Positions 28,817 through 35,873 of a stretch of 64,000 nucleotides of DNA are shown piece by piece; position 1 is the first letter of the stretch; every line of letters begins with the position of its first letter. Location of the stretch: IMG/VR virus record IMGVR_UViG_3300020185_000033, positions 1-64,000 of that record. One strand, written 5' to 3'. The translations under genes were made by a program, and so were the position numbers. The DNA is from a virus. The notes under the pieces were generated by a model. The model searched no databases. It had not been told where the DNA came from and was given only the letters and a program-made list of their open reading frames with translations.

Positions 28817-28974
28817 TACCAATTGTGTATATTGCCGGCTATGATAAAGAAGCAAGTGATAAAGTTTACGCCAACAATAACTGTGCGTATTAAAGCAATC
28901 TTGTCTGCTTCTGAATCCGTTGCGCCTTCCTTTTCGCCTATAGCCTTGGCCCATAGTCTCCAAAGTTGCTTCAT
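28816..28974 (-). CDS. Small membrane protein (52 aa)
   Basis: Manual translation MKQLWRLWAKAIGEKEGATDSEADKIALIRTVIVGVNFITCFFIIAGNIHNW*. ATGA and TAATG coupling on both sides; one transmembrane helix; resembles small proteins I recall from marine T4-like phages. Confidence 0.8.
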   Translation of the reverse strand: MKQLWRLWAKAIGEKEGATDSEADKIALIRTVIVGVNFITCFFIIAGNIHNW

Positions 28975-29969
28975 TGAATTAAACCTTTTTCTAGTAAATC
29001 TTGAATTTGTTTTTCTCTAATCATTGCACCCCAACGCCTAGGATTAACATAAGTTTTCTTAAAGAATCTACACATCTGTGGGTTAGGATCAAACAACATC
29101 ATTTCATTAATATCGCTGTTAAGTTCTGCTCCCAAGTCTTTGATTGCGATCTCTAACATTTCTTTATTCCATGTTGCTTTAGAGTATCTACATACTTCGT
29201 CTCCAGGGAAACGAGGTAATACATCATTATTAAAAAATGATTTAAACCAATCGTAGTCCGATATTAAATTGGTATCCCAATCACTTAACACAGTCATTTT
29301 ACAACCAAGTCTTGCACCATACATAGCCCATAAGCCGTTGTCCACATCACTGCCTATGTTACACCATGTTTGTAATCTGTTATAGTTACCGTACCATATC
29401 TTATCTTTGAATTCGTCCGGTCTAACTCTTGCACCTTGGTCAGTACTCATCTTTACACCTTCTCTAAACCCTGCTCTAAAGGCTTGGAAAGGACTTGCTG
29501 TTTGATGTACTTCACTGAACGTGTCGTTGAGTTGTATGTAATCTAACTTCCAACAAAACTCCATGCCCTCACCGTCTGTCGCGGCTTCATGTGTGTTGAT
29601 GCTTTTAGTATATTCAGTAGGCCAACATTTAAGTCCACCGTTACCATACACTAATCCGTTGAGAATGTTTTTAGCATTCCAACTAAAGATGCATTTGCTT
29701 ATGTCATTGCCATCATGGTCTGTTTCAGGTACGTCAAGTTCCTGTTCAAAGAAATCGTCCATTACAATGTTATCACCGTCAACTGTGATAAAGCGATCTG
29801 TTTCTGATTGTTCAGCACATGCCTTATGTGCGGCATCGAAGCCTGTAACTCCGTGTACTCTTTTTGCCCAAGGGACTTTATTTAATAAGTCTGCCCAATG
29901 TTCTTCACAGTTGGGCTCGTCGTAACTGATATAGAATATATCAAGTTCGGTAACATCAATTTTTGCCAT
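28971..29969 (-). CDS. GT-A-fold glycosyltransferase-like protein (single-domain paralog of the 1524-aa repeat unit)
   Basis: DIFYISYDEP, RVHGVTGFDAAHKACA, FITVDGD (DxD), GLVYGNGGLKCWP, AFRAGFREGVKM; ATG at 29969 after AGGA. Confidence 0.75.
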   Translation of the reverse strand: MAKIDVTELDIFYISYDEPNCEEHWADLLNKVPWAKRVHGVTGFDAAHKACAEQSETDRFITVDGDNIVMDDFFEQELDVPETDHDGNDISKCIFSWNAKNILNGLVYGNGGLKCWPTEYTKSINTHEAATDGEGMEFCWKLDYIQLNDTFSEVHQTASPFQAFRAGFREGVKMSTDQGARVRPDEFKDKIWYGNYNRLQTWCNIGSDVDNGLWAMYGARLGCKMTVLSDWDTNLISDYDWFKSFFNNDVLPRFPGDEVCRYSKATWNKEMLEIAIKDLGAELNSDINEMMLFDPNPQMCRFFKKTYVNPRRWGAMIREKQIQDLLEKGLIQ

Positions 29970-29997
29970 GTGCGTGTCCTGTGTTTTGCTATGCACA

Positions 29998-30005
29998 TAT
30001 TTATC
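29998..30005 (-). promoter_or_regulatory. Late-type promoter GATAAATA
   Basis: Immediately after the stop codon of 30006-30599 and upstream of the GT-A-like gene. Confidence 0.55.
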
Positions 30006-30599
30006 TTATTTAATGCTGTAGTTCTCGAAAATCTTGTGAGTGTACACACTATATGACTCGGGTAGTGTATCTTTATGCTTTACTTTTGCTGTATCGCTGT
30101 TTGCAAACTGTTCTACATTAACAACAACACGTTCTATTAATATATGCGGATCTCTTAAAGGTGTAACATAAAATACTAACTGCTGTTTTACTTTTAGTGC
30201 CTTACTTTTAGTGATCTTCCATTCTTTCTTTGTTGTAGAAAACTGTATATCGAAATCTTTTGATGTTGCTGTTATTTCGGATAAAAAGTCTCTACTTGCT
30301 TTAACTTTTTCCGATTCAAATGTTTTTAATTTAATATGACACACATCATGTTCATCTTCTTCTATCATAAACTGTGCTACACTCTTACCACCTTCGGTGA
30401 TTTGAACATCTGTTGTTTTGAACATATAAGTTTTACATTCAGGATATAAACTCATATCAGGCACTGTTAGTCCTTTATATACTATGTCGCCTTCGTCATT
30501 GTATACCATGTGCGTGTGCTCTTGTTGAGCTTTTACTACAGCACTTAAATTGCCATCTAATTCTGTTTTTGCTAATGCAAGCCTTTCACCTGGTGTCAT
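30006..30599 (-). CDS. Hypothetical protein
   Basis: 197-aa ORF with GAGG RBS, ATGA-coupled; no recognised motif. Confidence 0.6.
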   Translation of the reverse strand: MTPGERLALAKTELDGNLSAVVKAQQEHTHMVYNDEGDIVYKGLTVPDMSLYPECKTYMFKTTDVQITEGGKSVAQFMIEEDEHDVCHIKLKTFESEKVKASRDFLSEITATSKDFDIQFSTTKKEWKITKSKALKVKQQLVFYVTPLRDPHILIERVVVNVEQFANSDTAKVKHKDTLPESYSVYTHKIFENYSIK

Positions 30600-31459
30600 T
30601 TGTTTACCTCTATTTCCATCTGTTGTATTTTATCTTTTGTCATCCATGCTTTGTCCACATAGTGAAAAGGCTGAGTGATTTGAAAGTTGCCTATCTTAAA
30701 GTTATTATATGATTTATAGTATGTTGGAATACTGTCTGTCCAGTTATCTTCTATTTCGCTAGTGGGAATATTTTGTATAAAACTTTTCATATGCACAAAC
30801 GTAGGCAAGTCTGTTATATGATCCATTGTGCATTCGTCTTCTATACCTAGTAATTGTATTGCTAAACTAAATGCCACATCGGCACTTAACCAATCTGGTT
30901 TGCCTTTAGGCATATATTTAAAATAAAACCTTTCCCAATTTTCAAAGATAATTTGTATCATTTTAAACAGTTCACTTGCTAAGTCACTTTTCTTAAAATA
31001 AAAGAATGCAGTATATACATTAGGCATCTTGTTTCTTTTCATGTCTAATCTATAATGCATATCAACTGCTAATTCGTCTCTGTATGTTTTTACATTTGTA
31101 CATGCCCATACATCTCTAGTAGACAAGTGGTCCCACCAATGACTTACATCAAACGGAAATATCATGTCTGTGTCTAGTATCACAGTCTCTTCGTAAGGAG
31201 ACATATAATAGTATTTCCATTTATTATTAATTTTCCATTGTGCATCTGCGGCATGGTCTTCCCATGGTATATCTACAATATGGTCAAACGCACGTTTGTG
31301 TTTAGGCTGTATTAATGCTTTAGTCTTGGCATCTACACACACCGTAAGACTGCTTATAGTGCCCTGTGTTAGTTTTAAATTCAATGCGAGTGCATACGCT
31401 TGTTCTAGATAATCAACCGTGTCGTTGTTTTGTGCTATTACTATGTAGCCTTTACTCAT
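30596..31459 (-). CDS. GT8-like / nucleotide-diphospho-sugar transferase
   Basis: KGYIVIAQNN..DY...A, SPYEETVILDTDM (DxD), YTAFFYFKK; paralog of 33490-34374. Start at 31459 (ATGA overlap). Confidence 0.7.
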   Translation of the reverse strand: MSKGYIVIAQNNDTVDYLEQAYALALNLKLTQGTISSLTVCVDAKTKALIQPKHKRAFDHIVDIPWEDHAADAQWKINNKWKYYYMSPYEETVILDTDMIFPFDVSHWWDHLSTRDVWACTNVKTYRDELAVDMHYRLDMKRNKMPNVYTAFFYFKKSDLASELFKMIQIIFENWERFYFKYMPKGKPDWLSADVAFSLAIQLLGIEDECTMDHITDLPTFVHMKSFIQNIPTSEIEDNWTDSIPTYYKSYNNFKIGNFQITQPFHYVDKAWMTKDKIQQMEIEVNK

Positions 31460-31878
31460 TTGAGCTTCTTCTGTATCCATTTTATAGCCGCATATATTGT
31501 TAATCCATATACTGCAAATATTGTTAGTGGTACTGCCATATTAAGTATAACATCTATATCCAAGAACAACAAGTCCTTAGTAAAGTCGATGATTGCTTCT
31601 GCATCACCTTGTGCTGGCTGTACTGTTTCCGTTACATAATCATACTCCATACCAGCATCCATCATCATTGTGTTTAGTGCATCTTCTGTTAAACACTTGT
31701 AATATTGCTCCGGGCAATCTCCGACACCGCCATATCCTGTGCCAACTGGACTACCAAATATATCTGTGCCACCGGCTTCTAATTCTGCCTGTGTTTCGCC
31801 AGTTACACCAATCGGCACTGTGTTGTATGCATCGTCACCGACTGTGTGTCCGTGAAATGTTAAATCTTCATCATTCAT
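31456..31878 (-). CDS. Acidic protein with C-terminal transmembrane anchor
   Basis: 140 aa, GGAGG RBS; hydrophobic VILNMAVPLTIFAVYGLTIYAAI followed by basic KWIQKKLK. Confidence 0.65.
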   Translation of the reverse strand: MNDEDLTFHGHTVGDDAYNTVPIGVTGETQAELEAGGTDIFGSPVGTGYGGVGDCPEQYYKCLTEDALNTMMMDAGMEYDYVTETVQPAQGDAEAIIDFTKDLLFLDIDVILNMAVPLTIFAVYGLTIYAAIKWIQKKLK

Positions 31879-32044
31879 CTAATTTCCTCCATGACTCTTT
31901 AAACATGCAGAATCTTCTGTTACCGTCTTTTGTCTCGTAAACAAACTGCATTGATAAGAGTTGTACTACTTTGCCTTCGAACTTACCATTCAAAGTGCAA
32001 GTGTGTTCTATATTGTCTCCTAAGTTAGGTGTCTTTGTTGCCAT
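31871..32044 (-). CDS. Small hypothetical protein (57 aa)
   Basis: Manual translation MATKTPNLGDNIEHTCTLNGKFEGKVVQLLSMQFVYETKDGNRRFCMFKESWRKLDE*; TAATG-coupled to the upstream gene and fills the gap exactly. Confidence 0.7.
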   Translation of the reverse strand: MATKTPNLGDNIEHTCTLNGKFEGKVVQLLSMQFVYETKDGNRRFCMFKESWRKLDE

Positions 32045-33303
32045 TATACTGTCTCCATCATTCTGTCAACTAGTGGATGTATGCCTTCTTCATAATTAAA
32101 TGTGTGGTAACGCAAATAATTTTTAGAATGCTCAAAAAACTTCCGCTGATTAAATTCCAACTTTTGCTGTACAGAATCACTGTAAAATAACTTGTGCAAT
32201 TCCTCTGCAGGAGTTTCTATTATTTTACTTATTTGTTCTTCTACTTTACTTAGTCTTTCTTCTGCATCTAGTATGTCATCGTATGATTCGTCGAAGAATT
32301 CGGGAAAACTTTTAAAGCCTAATCTCTTCCATGTTTTCAAACTGCCTGGCAGTCCACATATCAGCATTGGTAATTTAAAAAATGCAGACTTTAATGTTTT
32401 CTCTGTAATGTATGCATACGTTATATCGTCTGTGTGTAATCTACTAGAGTACGGACTATGGTCGTAATTAAATACTTCCTTATGGTCAAAAAATGTTTCG
32501 GTGCTAATATAAGTGTATGCAGAGTTCATCATTTCATGCTCAGGTCTATCCTGTAACTCAGATTGAGTAATCCTGTTAGAAAATGGTGCATCGCTTGTGT
32601 CTCTCTCCCAGTATGTGTACTTGCATTTATCCTTATGTTTCTCACATAAATTAACAACGGCAGTTCTGTGATCTTTTACAATATTATTAAGTGTTAATAC
32701 ATGGTATTGCTTTTTATTATCTGTTTGTTCATAAACAGTATCACGGGCTAAGTTGTTGTAAATCATTCTAGGAAAATATATAGAATAATAGTTTATTGTT
32801 GCTTTAGGCAATGCTTGCCTATATAAATCGACTACATCATAATTTACTAAATCCATAATAATATTTTCTTGCTTTACTTTCTGTGTAGCATTTATGAACC
32901 ATTCTATTCTCTTTTGCTCGTTGCCTCCATATAAATCGTAGCCGTTTGAAAAACGCCATTTTAGATTATCGAAGCCAGGTGTTCCCACATACTGATCTAT
33001 TATTCCTTCTAGTTCGTCGCAATCAATGTCGTACCATGGATACACCCTAAAGCCTAAATCAATTATGTACGATACTGTATTTCTTCTTGCATCTGCTTCC
33101 ATCATTTGCTTCAATGTAAATGAGGTAACTTGACGTAACTTTATATCATACCCATATTCTGTTAATTTAGTAAGCACTTGGTGGTCATAATTGTGTGTAC
33201 AAATTTTATTATTGAACTCTCCTAAATAGAACATGCCCCTATCTTGCATCTGTGGTTTGGGCGTAAAATAATGCACAAGTTTTTCAATCACTGCACGTTC
33301 CAT
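32044..33303 (-). CDS. GT10-like glycosyltransferase-fold protein
   Basis: TLNN...HR, YISTETFF...YITEKTLKSAFFKLPMLICG...LGFKSFPEFFDESYD; clear paralog of 20668-21990. Confidence 0.55.
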   Translation of the reverse strand: MERAVIEKLVHYFTPKPQMQDRGMFYLGEFNNKICTHNYDHQVLTKLTEYGYDIKLRQVTSFTLKQMMEADARRNTVSYIIDLGFRVYPWYDIDCDELEGIIDQYVGTPGFDNLKWRFSNGYDLYGGNEQKRIEWFINATQKVKQENIIMDLVNYDVVDLYRQALPKATINYYSIYFPRMIYNNLARDTVYEQTDNKKQYHVLTLNNIVKDHRTAVVNLCEKHKDKCKYTYWERDTSDAPFSNRITQSELQDRPEHEMMNSAYTYISTETFFDHKEVFNYDHSPYSSRLHTDDITYAYITEKTLKSAFFKLPMLICGLPGSLKTWKRLGFKSFPEFFDESYDDILDAEERLSKVEEQISKIIETPAEELHKLFYSDSVQQKLEFNQRKFFEHSKNYLRYHTFNYEEGIHPLVDRMMETV

Positions 33304-33497
33304 TCCATGTTTTCTTCTAATGCATACTGTACGCCATGTATGTAATCTCGATCCTCTTCGCTAAGAACCTCCCATGCAAACGTTACCTTATCTAGTAAGT
33401 CGTGTACTTTTTGCGGGTCTGCAAGATGTTCATTTGCTTCCATGATACGTTGTATCTCATCCATCCTGTTGTTTAATTTATCTCTTAGGTTAGACAT
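33288..33497 (-). CDS. Small hypothetical helical protein (69 aa)
   Basis: GGAG RBS; overlaps neighbours in the cluster's coupled style. Confidence 0.65.
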   Translation of the reverse strand: MSNLRDKLNNRMDEIQRIMEANEHLADPQKVHDLLDKVTFAWEVLSEEDRDYIHGVQYALEENMEWNVQ

Positions 33498-34374
33498 ACT
33501 GTAATAACTCCTTGCTTATTCTGTTTATTGCCCACTTGTTCATTACATGAATATCCAGTCCCCGCCACTTACATAACATAAAGTCGCCTAAACTTTTTGG
33601 TTTCTCGAGATAAAAAATAAGTTCATTTAGTGCCGGAGCACTGTGAACGTCATCTGTATCAAAAGTTTTATATAAGTGCGGGACCGGAAGTTGTGGAATA
33701 CCTTTGTCTACGAAACCACCTAGCATGTGTGCCGCGACACTAAAACTGTAGTCATTTCGGTATAGTTGCCCAGGCCATTTGTATACGTCTTGGTAAAATT
33801 CTCTGTTGTCTCTAACATGCTTAACGGTCTCAAACATTTGTTCTGCAAATTCTGTTTTACGAAAATACACCACAGTTGCCCAATACATTGTTATGCCAGT
33901 TGGACTTAAACGTCTTAGTGTATCGTCAGTACGTTCGGTCATTATATCTTCGTATGACCAGTTCATCATAAACTCGTTGTCATGTCCCCAACAACTATTC
34001 AAGGTGTTGCTTAATATTAAATAATCAGCGTCTATTAGTATAGTTTCGTCGTAAGGTGATATATTGTATGCGTCACATCTATCAACGTTGTAGAAGGGCA
34101 ATGGCTTGCTTGTATGGCTGGTATCTTTGTACAGTCTGGTATTGGAACGTTTAAAGTTTTTATCTTTTTCTGTAATTACAATATTAGATACTGCATCGTG
34201 TACAAAGTCTTTGCCTAGTTTTTCTGTTGTATAATCGTAACTGTGTTGGTTTGTTACAACTGTGATGTCATGTATGTCGCAATTTTTTTTGATTAGATAT
34301 GCATTTACTACAGCAAGTTTAAGATAGTCTATTTCCTCATTGTTATGAGCAAACATTAAAAAGCCTTTAGTCAT
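33490..34374 (-). CDS. GT8-like / nucleotide-diphospho-sugar transferase
   Basis: KGFLMFAHNN..DYL, SPYDETILIDADYL (DxD), YWATVVYFRK, RND, HVMNK. Confidence 0.7.
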   Translation of the reverse strand: MTKGFLMFAHNNEEIDYLKLAVVNAYLIKKNCDIHDITVVTNQHSYDYTTEKLGKDFVHDAVSNIVITEKDKNFKRSNTRLYKDTSHTSKPLPFYNVDRCDAYNISPYDETILIDADYLILSNTLNSCWGHDNEFMMNWSYEDIMTERTDDTLRRLSPTGITMYWATVVYFRKTEFAEQMFETVKHVRDNREFYQDVYKWPGQLYRNDYSFSVAAHMLGGFVDKGIPQLPVPHLYKTFDTDDVHSAPALNELIFYLEKPKSLGDFMLCKWRGLDIHVMNKWAINRISKELLQYV

Positions 34375-34726
34375 CTAAATCTAAATCTATCAACTTATGT
34401 ACTTTTCTACTTTTCCTCAACTTAGTGTATTCTGCGTGATATTCGTTAGTTGCTTCAAAGTACCTTGATAGAATTTCCTCTAGAAACTCGTCTAAATCTT
34501 CGACTTGAATTGGATTGTTATAAACATCCAGCAGTACTGCATTGTCATATCCTTTGTCCATTAATAGTTTAACAAACGATATAAGCTCTTGTGATATTTC
34601 AAACGTACCTCCATTAAGACTGTAACTTAACAGTGTTTGAACTTTTGCCTTCAAGGCATTGTGTTGTACATTAAGAGTTGTTCTGTAGTTCGCGAACTCT
34701 AATGCTTTAGTTAGTTTAGACGACAT
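34367..34726 (-). CDS. Hypothetical phage protein, possibly tail-fibre assembly-related
   Basis: About 119 aa; start MSSKL lies 5 nt after GATAAATA; follows the fibre genes. Function is inference from position. Confidence 0.55.
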   Translation of the reverse strand: MSSKLTKALEFANYRTTLNVQHNALKAKVQTLLSYSLNGGTFEISQELISFVKLLMDKGYDNAVLLDVYNNPIQVEDLDEFLEEILSRYFEATNEYHAEYTKLRKSRKVHKLIDLDLDD

Positions 34727-34731
34727 AGTCA

Positions 34732-34739
34732 TATTTATC
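34732..34739 (-). promoter_or_regulatory. Late-type promoter GATAAATA heading the enzyme cluster
   Basis: Directly downstream of a terminator; 5 nt upstream of ATG 34726. Confidence 0.65.
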
Positions 34740-34743
34740 AGTC

Positions 34744-34776
34744 AAAAAAAAGCCAGTTACGATGAACTGGCTTTTT
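34744..34776 (-). terminator. Rho-independent terminator (possibly bidirectional)
   Basis: Minus strand AAAAAGCCAGTT-CATCGT-AACTGGC-TTTTTTTT: perfect stem plus T8, just after the stop of 34791-35837. Confidence 0.85.
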
Positions 34777-34790
34777 AATTTGTTTAAATT

Positions 34791-35837
34791 TTATATACCA
34801 TTTGTGGTACTAAAAGTTGGTGCAGATATAACAACACCGTTATTTGCACGTTTAGTTTGGATAGTACTTGATATTGTACCGTCTACACTGTCAACGTATC
34901 CAACACTATCGTCACTGTTACCGTCGATACCGTCAGCACCAATACCATCGCCTAATGCGTGGTCGTCTCTCATTGTAACTGTGAATGTTAAAACAGTTGG
35001 GTTAGTTGTTGAATTCACTTTCCCTTCTATTCTATAATAGTTACTTGCATACGCACCTGAACCATACTTAATATATAGTTGCTGATTACTTGTGGACAAT
35101 TCATAAAAACCTTTACTTGCACTTGTACCTGTTGCACCTGAACTAGATAAGTTGTTTAAATCAAATGTTAATGTTCCCATTGCACTTAATAATGCTGTCC
35201 AGTTTGCATTCTGTGAACCAATTGTTCCTGCGGCACTACCTGATGTACCACCACTTCTTGCGCCTGTGAATAATACTTTGCCACCTGCATTAAAGAATGC
35301 TCTACAATGTGCTTCACTGCTGAATGTCAAAGTAAATATGTGGTCAATAGCTGGTGTACCTGAACTACCCCATCCTGTTGTTCTTGAACTTGAACCTGCG
35401 GAATCTGTTGTTAAACTTCCGTTAGGTACATTTAATCTACCGTCAAAAACATCTTTAACATCATCCATTAAGTTAGACCAATCACTTGCTGTCATTGAGT
35501 CACCTGCAGAACTATCTGAAGATGAACTAGAATTAAGTGAATGTCCTACGAATGTTGCCAGTGCCTGAACCTCATCCTGCAGGTTCTTATATCCGGTTGT
35601 ACTATCAACTGCTTGGATCGACGATCCTGAAGTAGCATTTAAACTACCTGTTGATTGATTGTAACCCCATGTGTTACTGGCAGTATAAGTGCCAAGTGTG
35701 ATGTCATTGGGTGTGCCTAACTGTCTATAAACGTTAGCCACCATATTATTGAAATCAGCAGTACCAATTGTGTCACCCGTTACGACCTGAGTCATATTAG
35801 TTCCACCTGTTACTGTTAGTGTTGAGCCGCTTGGCAT
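34791..35837 (-). CDS. Ser/Thr/Gly-rich virion structural protein (tail-fibre associated)
   Basis: Composition, position after the fibre gene, AGGAG RBS; FFNAGG motif; acidic GADGIDGNSDD loop. Confidence 0.65.
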   Translation of the reverse strand: MPSGSTLTVTGGTNMTQVVTGDTIGTADFNNMVANVYRQLGTPNDITLGTYTASNTWGYNQSTGSLNATSGSSIQAVDSTTGYKNLQDEVQALATFVGHSLNSSSSSDSSAGDSMTASDWSNLMDDVKDVFDGRLNVPNGSLTTDSAGSSSRTTGWGSSGTPAIDHIFTLTFSSEAHCRAFFNAGGKVLFTGARSGGTSGSAAGTIGSQNANWTALLSAMGTLTFDLNNLSSSGATGTSASKGFYELSTSNQQLYIKYGSGAYASNYYRIEGKVNSTTNPTVLTFTVTMRDDHALGDGIGADGIDGNSDDSVGYVDSVDGTISSTIQTKRANNGVVISAPTFSTTNGI

Positions 35838-35865
35838 AATCTTCTCCTACGAAATTTATTACTAC

Positions 35866-35873
35866 TATTTACC
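35866..35873 (-). promoter_or_regulatory. Late-type promoter GGTAAATA
   Basis: Intergenic, immediately after the stop of the fibre gene. Confidence 0.45.

Noticed and set aside
28817-28963. Arg-rich N-terminal extension of radical SAM copy 8 in the ORF track
   Set aside because: The region is better explained by a coupled 52-aa gene in another frame; the paralog alignment starts near MSIYDQ.
8253-33497. Small ORFs as RiPP precursor peptides for the SPASM/twitch radical SAMs
   Set aside because: No shared leader, repeated core, RRE/PqqD domain, peptidase or exporter was seen; the context is dominated by sugar enzymes. Kept only as a minor alternative.
1-34739. Cluster as a DNA hypermodification pathway
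   Set aside because: Not excluded but disfavoured: no thymidylate-synthase/hydroxymethylase, nucleotide kinase, DpdA/Que or replication genes in the window, and the promoters look late and are shared with baseplate genes.
1-34739. Cluster as a bacterial capsule/LPS locus next to a prophage or contractile injection system
   Set aside because: No flippase, polymerase, ABC exporter or housekeeping genes; contiguous orientation, shared phage-type promoters and interspersed phage-like microproteins favour a single viral genome.
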